This document shows, in pieces, positions 40,597 through 51,372 of a stretch of DNA of 64,000 nucleotides. Position 1 is the stretch's first letter; each line of letters opens with the position of its first letter. The stretch is from Epithemia pelagica (lineage: Eukaryota > Protista > Bacillariophyta). The position numbers and the translations under genes are program-made. Under the pieces are notes generated by a model, which ran no database searches, had not been told where the DNA came from, and saw nothing but the letters and a program-made list of their open reading frames with translations. The stretch lies in the NCBI GenBank assembly GCA_946965045.2, contig OX337234.1, forward strand, positions 3,162,001 through 3,226,000, in the 5' to 3' direction.

Positions 40597-42786
40597 ATGT
40601 CGAGCGACGAGCAAGGAAACATGTCTGAGCAAAGTGTTTGGGTCAAGGTCATCCGAAAAACGGGCAGAGACAATTACGAGGACCTCGGATATCCGTTTCA
40701 GATAGTGCCGCGTCCGGCGAACGTGAGTCACTTGCGCGAGAAAGTCAAGGAAAAGGCGGCAAACAACCTTGCGCATGTTGCCGCTAATGAACTCCTTGTG
40801 TTCGCGCCTGATAAAGACTACAAGAATGAGGAGAAGCAAATGGACCCTTGGGATGCAGTCGAGGAAATTAAAACGAGTTCCAACGAAAGAAACGCACCGT
40901 GCCCGCTGATTGTGGTGGCACCTGTAGAGAAGCTAAACAAGCAAGAAGAGCCATCTGCAAAGAAGGCAAAAAAATTCTCGGAGCTTGTCGCCAAGGATGA
41001 CTACCAAGCCGCGGTCAAATTGCTTAAAGAAAGTGCGGGAGGATACCTTGCAAGAGGATTCGATCCCAAGGTATACCGCGAACCTCATCTTTCTATGGGC
41101 ACGTGGAACAAAGAGGAGATTCAGCAACAACTCTGCGAAAAGCGCGAATTGATTGAAAAAAGACTTGCTTCTTTCAAGCCCACCGATCGTCAGAAGGTTG
41201 TTCTCGGACTTCGCTGTGGCTCCGGTTTCGGAAAAACTCACATCCTGACGGAAGCCCCTGAATTACTTGCCGCTGAGGGCTTGTACGTCACGTACAACCA
41301 GTATCAGGACTTATCGACAGACAAAGATGATCCGGTGAAAGCTCTGCTCATTCGGTTGTTACTTGCCATGTGTGGATGCGCTTCGCAAGACGCGGGGCAG
41401 TTCTTCAAAGAGCCGGCTTCCAGACAATTTTTTGATGTTTCGATGGAAACACTTCGTTTGTGTTTTGTCGGATATGCTAAGGAAAGATTCGAGGCCAAAG
41501 ATCTTGTCATTGGTGTTGACGAGATAATGGACCTTGCCAAACTTAGTTTTCCGGCTGCCCAGTTAGTCATATCCGAACTTGCGTACCTCTCTTTCTCATT
41601 TAAGTCCAACAAACCGGTTTCAAGATGCACTGTCCTGGTCAGTTCTTTGGAGGAGAGCGTCTTTGCGACAAGGAGTGGGCGGCCTGTTGAAGATTGGAAT
41701 CCAAGAAAGGCAAACCGCGCTGCACTTGAATATTTTGCGGCATCCACGGCAGGAGACAAGGAAAATTATATGGCTCTTGTGAACGCAATTTCTGGCGCGC
41801 ATATGCGATCGATTGTCGTTGCCTTTGATCTCCTAAAGCAGGGACACGCACCACGAGTTCGTGCCCTGTACAATTCACTATATGCAAGGATGGGATTGAA
41901 GCTGATTGGGCCAGATTTGAGTGAGGTTCGCGTCTACATTGAAGCATGTATCACGTCTAAAGCTGATCCATCTCCCTCCAACAAACTTGAATCAATTGTT
42001 GGAGAGGACTTGGCTGTCCCTCCAGTGATCATGATGAAGGCGTTTGACAACTCACCAGCTCTTTCTACGCGGTTTGAAGAGCTTTTTAATGCATTTCATC
42101 TTTGCGATGGAGGGCCAGGAAAGCAGCTGGAGGAAATATCCAAGGCGTATGATTTCTTTCGGGCAGAATTACGTCTACCTATTGTACCCGCCAAATCTCG
42201 TATCTACATTCCAAAAGGTCCTGGCTTTGAGACGGCGGAATGGTTCAGGTCATTGCGTTTCCCTGAAGCCATGGAGGAGAGCCGCGAAGCGCTTCTGGAA
42301 ATGCAGTCCGTTGTTTGCGGGTCAAAGAGTCGAAAAGAAGTGGTTGCGACGGCGGTGGTCCCTACGTTTGGTAAGTACTATCACCCAGCCGTTAGTAATC
42401 ACCCCTGGCTTGATCGTTTGGTTGTTGGACAACACTCGAAGGATTCCTTTTGCTTGGTAATTTATCAAGACAAAGTGAATGCCGCTGACTTTCCAGATGC
42501 ATGCAAGAAACTGAACAAGGCAGCGAATGTTCTATCTGGACCACACCAAGTTTTGCTTGTCGTTAACGTGATTGGAGCGACGATCAACACCACAGCTCAG
42601 GCGAGTCTGGAGCGACCCTACATTCTTATTAGGGAAGGAGACGAAGTGAGTTCTTTCTATTCTCGCAATTTCGCGGAAATGGTGCGATACAGTCGGGAGA
42701 GACACCTTCTTTCTACAAATTCGAAAACGGCCGAAAAGTTCTTGACGGCAAAACTGGATCCACATCCACAGGCTGATTCGGACTGA
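40597..42786 (+). CDS. CR-type effector copy 6; native stop lost, last ~19 codons read through antisense ISCA2
   Basis: Full header/NTPase/REase; ...STNSKT|AEKFLTAKLDPHPQADSD* instead of STNSKTV*. Confidence 0.8.
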   Translation: MSSDEQGNMSEQSVWVKVIRKTGRDNYEDLGYPFQIVPRPANVSHLREKVKEKAANNLAHVAANELLVFAPDKDYKNEEKQMDPWDAVEEIKTSSNERNAPCPLIVVAPVEKLNKQEEPSAKKAKKFSELVAKDDYQAAVKLLKESAGGYLARGFDPKVYREPHLSMGTWNKEEIQQQLCEKRELIEKRLASFKPTDRQKVVLGLRCGSGFGKTHILTEAPELLAAEGLYVTYNQYQDLSTDKDDPVKALLIRLLLAMCGCASQDAGQFFKEPASRQFFDVSMETLRLCFVGYAKERFEAKDLVIGVDEIMDLAKLSFPAAQLVISELAYLSFSFKSNKPVSRCTVLVSSLEESVFATRSGRPVEDWNPRKANRAALEYFAASTAGDKENYMALVNAISGAHMRSIVVAFDLLKQGHAPRVRALYNSLYARMGLKLIGPDLSEVRVYIEACITSKADPSPSNKLESIVGEDLAVPPVIMMKAFDNSPALSTRFEELFNAFHLCDGGPGKQLEEISKAYDFFRAELRLPIVPAKSRIYIPKGPGFETAEWFRSLRFPEAMEESREALLEMQSVVCGSKSRKEVVATAVVPTFGKYYHPAVSNHPWLDRLVVGQHSKDSFCLVIYQDKVNAADFPDACKKLNKAANVLSGPHQVLLVVNVIGATINTTAQASLERPYILIREGDEVSSFYSRNFAEMVRYSRERHLLSTNSKTAEKFLTAKLDPHPQADSD

Positions 42787-43517
42787 GGGTTGTCATGAAT
42801 TACAAACAAACTTTTGATCATTTCGACCACATAATCCAAGGTTGCACCTCGCAGCAAGTTCATGGACGAAGAGTCAATGACAACACGGGATCCCTGCGGA
42901 TTGATCCACACCATATCTTCGTTTTCTTCATCGATGCTATCTTCAGTATTGTCCAAGCAATGAAATTCAAATTAATAGGTAAATCCAGAACATCCGGAGA
43001 CTCGAAGGTAAACCTTATCAAGATCATAGCCCTTTTTGGACGCGAGTCACTCCATTTGCTTCCAGCAGGAATCCGTGATAATAAGAAAGTTGTCAGTTAG
43101 CAAGAACGTATCGTGATTGCCTTCTTTGACGGGGAAGTTGGCGTTGTTCACTGGTAGGGATGGCTGTAGAGCGCCTGAAGACGATGCCTCATCGTTCGGA
43201 CCAGAGGATATGTTGTGGTCGGACACATTTTCTCCTGGTTTATGCTGAGAAACAACCACCAAGGCACGTTTTTGAAATGGATGAATCACTTGTCTTGGCG
43301 ACCGATCCAACGTTGTGCCATGTTCTTGAAAAGGATTCGATCTTGTCGTATCCAAGACGTGAAAAGCATGGGTGCTCAAGGAAGCAAAAGGGAAATGGGA
43401 CGAAACTCGATCCGGCCTTTTAACGTGCACAGTACGGAATAATTGTCGTGATACAGAGATGGAATCTCTCATTTTGGAAATGGTTGCCATGCTGTTTGTC
43501 GCCCTTGCCGCCATCAT
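42729..43517 (-). pseudogene. ISCA2: Iron-sulfur cluster assembly protein ISCA2 (HesB/IscA family) pseudogene
   Basis: One frame from caccATG (43517): R/S/T-rich N-terminus, then IITDSCWKQME*LASKK...LRVSGCSGFTY*FEF...LDYVVEMIKSLFVIHDNPQSESACGCGSSFAVKNFSA. Stops at 43047 (TGA) and 42972 (TAA); short deletion before GCSG; 3' end truncated. Confidence 0.88.
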
Positions 43518-43949
43518 GGTGTTCGTTATGGCTCGTTCGTTGATTTTGATGGGTCGAATGTTGAATGCCAGATTTCACTGACCACAAATGGATGACGTGG
43601 ACGAGAATCACCTCTACCTCTATAAGGACCAAGTACCTGACCAAACCATGACGTGCTGTGTAGGAGAATTCGCCGTGAAATACTCGCCCCCGCTGGCGGC
43701 TACACCGTAACCACAACAACAGATTTTCAGCAATAGACCCCTAGCCAAGTAGCTAGACTAGTGATATCAACACTAGGAGTAGTATGCTAGCCTAGTGATA
43801 CTAGCTAGACTCTAGTGATACCATCGCTATGTCTAGGTGACAGACCAATGACGTAAGAGCTAAGGAACAGAAGAAAGGGAAATGAGCGATAAGAGCTCAG
43901 TGTTTTGGAACATCGCAACGTCCAATACGCTTGTATCGTTCTTGTTGCT
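43114..43949. repeat. Left arm of ~840-bp inverted repeat (ISCA2 5' half + motif M + DIRS terminus)
   Basis: Reverse complement of 51354-52218 apart from a few small indels. Confidence 0.95.
43666..43733 (+). repeat. Motif M copy 4
   Basis: gaattcgccgtgaaatactcgcccccgctggcggctacaccgtaaccacaacaacagattttcagcaa, followed by the DIRS terminus instead of a CR gene. Confidence 0.9.
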
Positions 43950-44026
43950 CTGCCCACCCTTACCCTCCCTTTTGGCAAGGATGAGGCGTACGAAATAGGA
44001 GAGGTGTCGGGGGGAAGTTTAAAATA

Positions 44027-44542
44027 TTGGCGGCGCTAGAGCGTCTGTTCCCTCATCCCGACGACCAGGAGGTTCTGTTTTCCGAATTGTATCGTCTGGG
44101 ACTGCGTGGCGGCCGTGTGAGCAACGACGGACAGGAGGTTAAGAAGCGCGTGGCGGCGTTGAAATCGGTGTTTGAAGCCAACGAGCAGCGCCGAGTCCTT
44201 CCTGTTCCTGTGGCAGGAAATCGATCGCCCACACGAGCGACAACGAAAAACAAGGGAGAAGGTTTTTCCAGCTCGGAGAAAAAGTCGCTGGACAGGTGGT
44301 TGGGAACGGCGCGACTGGGGCCACAGAAAGTCAAGGCACATCAGTCGGGGGCCGTGTTGGAAGGCCGCAAAAGGAAAACCGGCGAAGGCGGAGGCAAGTC
44401 TTCGGACGACGACAACGCCGAGGTCAAGTCGCCACCGAGCGAGGTGGTGTATCTGGTAGGTTCAAGTGAGGAGTCGGAAGAAACGTCTGAAAAGACGAAC
44501 AAACGAAAGAGCGAGCCTCCAAAGAAGAAATTGAAAGAATAA
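44027..44542 (+). CDS. Antisense accessory ORF of the DIRS element (charged, low complexity)
   Basis: 171-codon ORF (TTG start in the track); its TAA directly abuts the next ATG (44543). Confidence 0.4.
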   Translation: MAALERLFPHPDDQEVLFSELYRLGLRGGRVSNDGQEVKKRVAALKSVFEANEQRRVLPVPVAGNRSPTRATTKNKGEGFSSSEKKSLDRWLGTARLGPQKVKAHQSGAVLEGRKRKTGEGGGKSSDDDNAEVKSPPSEVVYLVGSSEESEETSEKTNKRKSEPPKKKLKE

Positions 44543-45753
44543 ATGGAGGAGATCGAGGAGTTGGTGCGCAAGTTGGAGGGATTAGCATTGCGACAGGTGG
44601 AGATAGCGCGGAGGCTGATACTCGGTCTTATCCACGCCTTTTTTTGCGAATATTCGCAAATCTTCGCAAAATCCGGGTGCCAATGGAAAAATTTTGCGAA
44701 GGTTGACCTTCGCAAATGGCCATTTTCGTGGTACGAAGGTTTTGCGAAGGTTTTTGCGAAGATTGCAAAGGTTTAGTGCTACCTCTTCTTTTAAGGAAAT
44801 TTTGCTACATACTCCTAGCAACTACATCAACATACCTCTAGTACCTCTAGCTCACCAAATGTTGCGCACAAAGCACCATGGATGGTACAGGAAAGGACCA
44901 TCATTGTTGCTATTTATGTACTCGCTCTTGGTGTTGATAGGTGGTGCTCCTTCAACTATGGAAACTTCTTTTGATATCTATCTTGTGTAATGGAGGAGGA
45001 TTCTCCATGACCATCACTCACTGGAGGAGGGATGGGAGTGGGTGCTCTACTGCTGTTGCAACTTCTCACCATCGTGGTGTATCGTGTGTTCCATTTTTGG
45101 ACCACCCATAGATATAGGAGTAAGGCGCTACTTAGATGGAGATACGAAATACCTAGCTGACCTAGACGATGCCATGCGAAGGACTGCGAAGGTTGCGAAT
45201 TGCGAAGTACGTTTGTACTGGATGGACCACCGCATTTTTGGGTGCCCCCGGATGTTGCGAAGATTTGCGAATATTCGCAAAAAAAAACGCTTAGATAAGA
45301 CCGAGTATGAGGGAACTGCGATGTGAGGGGAGAGCAGGTGGCGCGATTACGGTTGAAGTGGACCCTGAGGGGTTATCACCTTTGGCAGAGGATGGGTCTG
45401 AGGGTGGGAGTAGCCGGCGAGGACGAGGATTTTGGGGCTTCAGGTTGGGAAGCCCAGCAAGTCAAGGACGCGGCCGCCAGAGGGCGACAACGGAGAATTT
45501 TTTTGTGGGGGACCGCGTAAGGGTGTTGAACACTGTCCCGCCGCCAGAAGGAGAGGAACGGTCGGCGGCGGATCAAGTGGGAGAGGCAACTAAGGTAACA
45601 AAGGCAAGAATCCGGGTAAAAACAGACAGTGGTGTGGAAGTATACAGGGCCCCTACGAACGTGAGGGTGATTGGAGAAGGATTGGAATGTCGGGCAAGAC
45701 GTCAGACGGGACGCTTTGCAACTGGATTTGCCGGGGTGAGCCCGCACATGTGA
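44543..45753 (+). pseudogene. Antisense accessory ORF (coiled coil + KOW/SH3-like), split by a TIR element
   Basis: Removing 44619-45310 gives a 172-aa ORF: MEEIEELVRKLEGLALRQVEIARRL|RELR...FFVGDRVRVLN...RIRVKTDSGVEVYRAPTNVRVI. Confidence 0.6.
44619..45307. mobile_element. 689-bp non-autonomous TIR element (MITE-like) with 3-bp TSD TGA
   Basis: TIR tactcggtcttatc...tttgcgaatattcgcaaatcttcgcaa mirrored at 45250-45307; TGA at 44616-44618 and 45308-45310; many ttgcgaa/ttcgcaa subterminal repeats. Confidence 0.88.
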
Positions 45754-45817
45754 GATATAGGGTAGAAACGTAAAAGGAAATAGCAAAAGACGTATATGCA
45801 ACGAAACTTTTGGTACG

Positions 45818-47239
45818 TTAGATAGATAAGACGCCCATGATGGCCTTGGTGGTGAGCGGGCCAATCGCCTTTGAGCAATCACGGAGGTAATGCTCTACCG
45901 ACTGTTGCGTCCATCGCAACCGGAACGCAATGGTTTCAGGCGGGACGCCACAGTTCCAAAGCGCTACGGCCGCGGTAACACATGTGGAATGAGCGACCAA
46001 GCATTTAAGGTGGCGTCTATGATAGTGAGCGGGATCGGGATACGCCAACACACAGGTGTGGCGAAGCTCGGTGACAATGGCTGCCGAGGTGAGGTAGACG
46101 GGGGCCGGGGGGGACAAGGACTCCTTGTAACAGGCCAGAGGCTCCGAAGGGGAAAGATGCAGAGTTTGGGCCCTAATGAGGATGCGTAGGGTGGCTTGCA
46201 GTGGACACAGGAAGGGGTGTTGTGCACGCCGAAAGGTGCGCGTGGTGAAGTTTCTCTTGCTTTTGTCATGCCGGAAACGGATTCGGACAGCGACTAGGGA
46301 GTAATGAGCCGGTGCCCCGGCGGCAGTGATTTCCTGATTTTGCTCCGTTAGGAACGTGAAATCCGACGCAACAAACGCGATTGGCTTTCCGACCCAGGAC
46401 GGATCGTTGGGGCAGTGTGGCACTGGGGAATATTGGGACTTCGAGCCATTGGTCTGGGCATATTCGCCCGCACGGGAACCAGTGAAAATCCCCAAACACA
46501 ACCAATCATAAACGGTGGGAAGGAAAAGGACGTGCAAGGCCGGGGACTCATCAAGGAGAAGCCGGACCCGAGTGGCCAGGGTGACAAACATGTCATGGGT
46601 GATTGGTTCACGACGGTCAGTGGGTCGAAACCACGTGCGTCTAAATGCCAGTTGATGCGCCAAGATGGGATGGAGATTGGTGGGGTTTTCGGGACAGTGA
46701 GTTTGCAGAAAACGTCCCCGCACCAACTGGAGGTAATGTTTGGCGGCGACCAAATAATTGTTGAGGGTGGAAGGGGTGAGGGTGTCAGCGGCGAGCAGAT
46801 TGTGACCATTGGCAACATAATGGAGGAACAGAGCTAGGGTGTTGAGACATTCGCCGTCGCTGAGGCGCCGGAAAAGTTCGGCGTCATATCCATACTTGAT
46901 AGACCAGCGTTGAAAGTAACCGGCGCGAGAGTCCACAGCTTGGTCGTTGCGGATGCGAGTGCATCCGCGGTCGCATTGTGTTTGAAAGCCAATAAGATCA
47001 CGGAGAGCAGTTTCTGCGGGAGCCGGTAAGCTTGACGTGGGTCCAAGCGAGGCATAGACAGATCGATAACGGATTCCCATGTGGGGCTTTCGTAGGTCTG
47101 GACAAAAGATCGGCGTTGTGGTTGTCTTCTCCGGGTATGTGGGATGCCTGCAACTGGACCGACAGAGGAGAAGTGGTGAGAAGGGCTTGGAAGAGACGGG
47201 CAAGGCGCCGAACTGATGGCCGTTTACTCCGTGCTGCAT
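45818..47239 (-). CDS. Tyrosine recombinase of the DIRS element, probably inactive
   Basis: GIFTGSRAGEY (R), RFRHDKS (K), HSTC (H-x-x-R with R to C at 45980-45982), RLRW, VEHYLRD (Y). Confidence 0.88.
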   Translation of the reverse strand: MQHGVNGHQFGALPVSSKPFSPLLLCRSSCRHPTYPEKTTTTPIFCPDLRKPHMGIRYRSVYASLGPTSSLPAPAETALRDLIGFQTQCDRGCTRIRNDQAVDSRAGYFQRWSIKYGYDAELFRRLSDGECLNTLALFLHYVANGHNLLAADTLTPSTLNNYLVAAKHYLQLVRGRFLQTHCPENPTNLHPILAHQLAFRRTWFRPTDRREPITHDMFVTLATRVRLLLDESPALHVLFLPTVYDWLCLGIFTGSRAGEYAQTNGSKSQYSPVPHCPNDPSWVGKPIAFVASDFTFLTEQNQEITAAGAPAHYSLVAVRIRFRHDKSKRNFTTRTFRRAQHPFLCPLQATLRILIRAQTLHLSPSEPLACYKESLSPPAPVYLTSAAIVTELRHTCVLAYPDPAHYHRRHLKCLVAHSTCVTAAVALWNCGVPPETIAFRLRWTQQSVEHYLRDCSKAIGPLTTKAIMGVLSI

Positions 47240-48329
47240 GAGTTAACCACGAAAGGGCGGACGTATTGTCCGTCCGAAGAGTGAATACAAGCTCATGGGG
47301 ACGAGGTTGGAGGCGAGAGGCCAAGGTAACCACAACCCAAAAATCAATAATGAGGAAGACAAACTCTAATAAATTGATATGCCATGGGGCATTGGGGTCA
47401 TCATTGTCGGCGGTGTGCTTGGTGACTTGTTGCATATTTCTTGGAATGACGAAACCATGACATTCCAGGTCCCTTTTGGTCAACCGCCACATGAACGGAA
47501 ACTGAGCATGGTTTAGCCATCCACCAAGACCCTCGATAGAAGCGTCGCCGAGAACAGTAAAGTGCGAGGTCCGGGGAATAATGAGCCCGAGTGGCCGAGT
47601 CCACACAGTAGAAGGGGCATCTGGCCGACAGGCTTGGCGTAGGAGATCTAGGTCATGCAGGACTTCTCTCGATATACTGAACCGGGTTTTGACCCAGAAA
47701 AACGAAGAAGCCGAGCTTTGATTGCGACTTTTGGCACCACGAATGGCATCGTTCAAGGCAAATTGTAGTCCCAGTGCGGCATACACGCCAAAAACAGAAA
47801 CAGGAGCACTATGACGGACGAGGCCGAGAATGCTGGTGGCCGCAGCTTGGGGGGAGAGACGGCGTCCACCGGCCGTGGTAGGAGGACCGGACCACAAATG
47901 GGTTAGGTACAGATGGAGCTGCTCTTTTTTGTGGTCAGGCCAGCTTACGGTCAAGTCCCTTGTGTTGATGACGAAGCCGAGAAACTTGAGTTTATTGGAG
48001 ATTTTGCGAACGAATTTCACGGGATTGATGGCCTCGGGACGACCAATGTCTTCGTCAGGGAATCCGAAGGTCACGTATGCAGCAAGGACGCTGCTACTGA
48101 CAAGTTGGTGAATGTTGCGTCAAATCACCGCGCCGCCGGTGTCATCCACGAAGGGCGCGTAGACCGGGGCATGCTGAGAGAGGGGTGTCGAGACCGACAC
48201 GGCGAGTAGGTTTGCCTTCCTTTGATTCAGCAGATCTGGAGTTGCTGGGGAAAAGGATCGGACGGTGTCGACAGACGGAGGGGGCGGAAGGGCAATGGTA
48301 TTGCTCAGAGATGTGGCCGGCGTCAACAA
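46998..48329 (-). pseudogene. DIRS reverse transcriptase (C-terminal part) + RNase H
   Basis: PFVDD at 48141-48152, in-frame TGA at 48120, then KFLGFVINT, LGDASIEGLGGW, HINLLEF, RTDNTSALSW, NADLLSR; N-terminal RT motifs not recognisable. Confidence 0.82.
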
Positions 48330-48792
48330 GGAAGGGAGATATCGGGACGGGCGTCAGGAAATCCCAAGCGAAATGTCCAAACAATTTGGGAGAGAGGATG
48401 TCTTGGGCCGAGGGGTTCGTGGGGGAAAAGTCGTGGACGGAGGACACCGCCGAAGAGTCAGAGGCGAAGCCCCATTTCCGACGATGAAAAGTCAGCGGCC
48501 AGAGAGGGTAGAGCAACATTGGACCCCATTGAGAGGAGAGGCCGAGAGCATGGAGTGCCGACCGATCGTCATCGTGCAAAAAGGGATCGAGCAACACCAG
48601 GAAACAGACCAGACGCGGGTTGTCGACGTCTGATTGGTTAAAAACATTTGGTATGAGATCTCGGGAGGACCGGGTACAGTTGGCTAATCGGGGAGGAGGA
48701 GAAACCGTGGGAATAGTGGGGAGAGGGACGTCTGTATCAGGGAGCGAGAGACGAAGATCCCTAGTGGTGGAAGGGATCGATTGCTGCTCGGG

Positions 48793-51372
48793 TCAGGTGC
48801 TCGTAGACGGAGGGTTGGCCGGGGCCGGTGGAGGGGCCGGGGTGGCTTTGCCCATGAAGGTTTGAAATTCCGCGGTGACGGACAGATAAGGACGGATTTT
48901 GTCATGGTGGCAAAAATCCCATAATGGGCGAAGGCTGGCCTGGGACCATTCAGAGGCTGCTTGGGGGGAAAGGCACACATGATGGCGGTTGCACGGACTG
49001 GTGCGACGTTGTCGAGATTGACCGGTACAGCCGGCAGCACAGTATTTATCTGTAAACATAAAAAAGAATTGTTTGTTGTCCCAACGAGGGACAGGAACTT
49101 CGGATTCCATTAAAAGCTTACCTGGATGGGTATACTTAGCACGACCCTCGGTCGATAGATGTAGAAGTGGCACAATGGCCTTTTTACCATCGATAGGTGG
49201 AGCACGTGGCAACGAAGTGGAAGTCGGGCGGGGCTTCTTTGCTTGAACCTGGCCAGAGGGATCAGCCGGACGACGCCGAGAGGCATTTTTGTCGGGCGAT
49301 CGAGAGACCGGAAGAAAATAGGCGGGAGGAGCACGTCGCATGACTGGGGACAACGAGTTGGTGACCTTGTGGGTGATGATGGTTGGATGCGTGAACAGCA
49401 GTGAGAAGTTGGCTTGCCACTTGACACAATATTGTTGATTGGTTTCAGCACCTAACGACGTAATGTCGTAGATTGCGGCGCACTGGGTGGTAAAACCATG
49501 GGCTTCGGCGGTGGCCGGGCAACAGATCTGAGAGCGATTCTGCGAACCCCAGCGGAAGAATTGCTGGAAGAGTTCACAGACCGAAAAATGGATCGCTACG
49601 GAGAGAGAGAGGGCAAAAGTGGGATCGGAGGAGGCCAAGGTTGTCCAGGCTGACGCAGTGGCGGGGTTCTCTAATTGGGCCACGGCCCACAAAAGGTTTC
49701 CTGCAACGGGCCCACGGAGGAGGAACGACGAGAAGCCTGGCAGGAAGTTTGGAAACGCATCATCGTTCGACAAGATGCAGTTTAGGTAGAAGACAAGATT
49801 CCGGAGCAGCGCGGCCGACTGTCCGCAGGTGAGGCCGGTGACCGGAAAACGACCCTCGGGTGAAAGGGAGATAGACCACAAAAAATGCCAGGGCGTAAGC
49901 GCGGCTTGGAGAGAGCGGGGGTCTTCTCCATGGAGGGTGAGACCGGCGCTGATTCTGAAGGTTTGAATTGCTTTCCAAACGGGGTCCGCATGCATGAACG
50001 AGGGAGATAGAGAGACTTGAAATGGGGCGGTGGCATGCGTTGAAGCTTCCAGCGCGACGTCTAAGAGATCCACTGCAGAGTATTCAGCATGCGACAAACG
50101 GGTGTCCGATGAAGAATGAGGGAGGACCTGCCTCAGCCAGTTGTTATTTATGAGGCTGGGGGTGTGAAGGAGAGCAGCTGCGTATGGAGGACGCGGCCGG
50201 TGGGGGTTTTGAGTGGGATCAAATAACTGTTGGGACGTGGGGAGAACGACCATGCCAAGAAAACACCAGGGAACCAAAAAGGGGGGAAGGGACTCGGTGT
50301 CTTGATGGAAAAATTGGTCAAACGAAAACTGGCCTTTCTCCAAGGAGACAAAAGGAGACATGGTTGGAACATAAGCCGAAGGAGGGATTACGGAGTGTAG
50401 TAGACGGGTCCGAGAGCTCGTGAAGAACAACGGATTATCGATCGTCAGACCCCACCAGGGAGATTCCTCGGCGACAATTTGCTGAGTGTCCCATGGACGC
50501 CGCTGGATGGCAAGAGGGTTGAAAGCATCAGGATATGGAATGGAGGGTTGCTCAGAGGCAGGTGGCTGGGTGAGATCAATCACCTGGGGTTCCTCTGGAA
50601 TGGTAGGTTCGACAGTGGGTGGATGGTCCGCCGTGGGTGCGACTGGGGGTGCAGGAGGTGGGACAGCGGTGAGGTTCGGGGGAGACGCACAGTCCAATGT
50701 GTAAGTTGTGCGAAAACCCAAACGAGGTGGCCGAGGAGGAGTCTCCAACATGTTTACCGTCTGGGTAGGCGGAGAGTGAACGGAGGTGGTGTGAAACGGA
50801 CTCAAAGCTTGAATGACACCTGGTAACTGTTGTAGTAGGGCTTTGTCTTGAAAATAGACGAAATTATAGTTGTTTTTCCACGAGGCGACTTGTGGCCGAA
50901 GGAGAAACGGAAGATAAGGAAAAAGAACCTCATCTGAAAACGGTTGTAAATCCAAGTGTTTGGAACGGAGACTTGAAAGACCCTTCCAGAAGAAAGAACG
51001 GAATTTTGCTATCATCGTGGGAGACAGCGGAGGGGTGGATAGTAGGTCATAAAAGGCATGGGCGGCTAAGACAAACTTTGGGTGAATGATAAGTGCTTCA
51101 TAGGAGGTAAATTGATTTGGTGGGGATAGTGATGCCGTCATCTGGGCAAAATCGGGTATGATGCTGATGGTAGAATGCCACGTACACGCAAGTTGATCAG
51201 CGTGGTGACGGATGGCCGAAAACAACATTGACGTGTAGGGATTTTCCAGCCAAGAAAGCGCTTCGGCCAGCGAGTGAAGACGTTCGTCAGAAGTAGGTTG
51301 AGAACGTGCGCTTGTGTTGGGGACATGGGGAAGAACTTTTGGCAAGCACGCGAAGCAACAAGAACGATACAA
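48793..51372 (-). CDS. DIRS ORF1 (gag-like)
   Basis: 859-codon ORF first in the element, with a C-terminal Cys/His cluster (YCAAGC...PCNRHHVC); assigned by position, and the true start is uncertain. Confidence 0.6.
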   Translation of the reverse strand: MYRSCCFACLPKVLPHVPNTSARSQPTSDERLHSLAEALSWLENPYTSMLFSAIRHHADQLACTWHSTISIIPDFAQMTASLSPPNQFTSYEALIIHPKFVLAAHAFYDLLSTPPLSPTMIAKFRSFFWKGLSSLRSKHLDLQPFSDEVLFPYLPFLLRPQVASWKNNYNFVYFQDKALLQQLPGVIQALSPFHTTSVHSPPTQTVNMLETPPRPPRLGFRTTYTLDCASPPNLTAVPPPAPPVAPTADHPPTVEPTIPEEPQVIDLTQPPASEQPSIPYPDAFNPLAIQRRPWDTQQIVAEESPWWGLTIDNPLFFTSSRTRLLHSVIPPSAYVPTMSPFVSLEKGQFSFDQFFHQDTESLPPFLVPWCFLGMVVLPTSQQLFDPTQNPHRPRPPYAAALLHTPSLINNNWLRQVLPHSSSDTRLSHAEYSAVDLLDVALEASTHATAPFQVSLSPSFMHADPVWKAIQTFRISAGLTLHGEDPRSLQAALTPWHFLWSISLSPEGRFPVTGLTCGQSAALLRNLVFYLNCILSNDDAFPNFLPGFSSFLLRGPVAGNLLWAVAQLENPATASAWTTLASSDPTFALSLSVAIHFSVCELFQQFFRWGSQNRSQICCPATAEAHGFTTQCAAIYDITSLGAETNQQYCVKWQANFSLLFTHPTIITHKVTNSLSPVMRRAPPAYFLPVSRSPDKNASRRRPADPSGQVQAKKPRPTSTSLPRAPPIDGKKAIVPLLHLSTEGRAKYTHPGKLLMESEVPVPRWDNKQFFFMFTDKYCAAGCTGQSRQRRTSPCNRHHVCLSPQAASEWSQASLRPLWDFCHHDKIRPYLSVTAEFQTFMGKATPAPPPAPANPPSTST

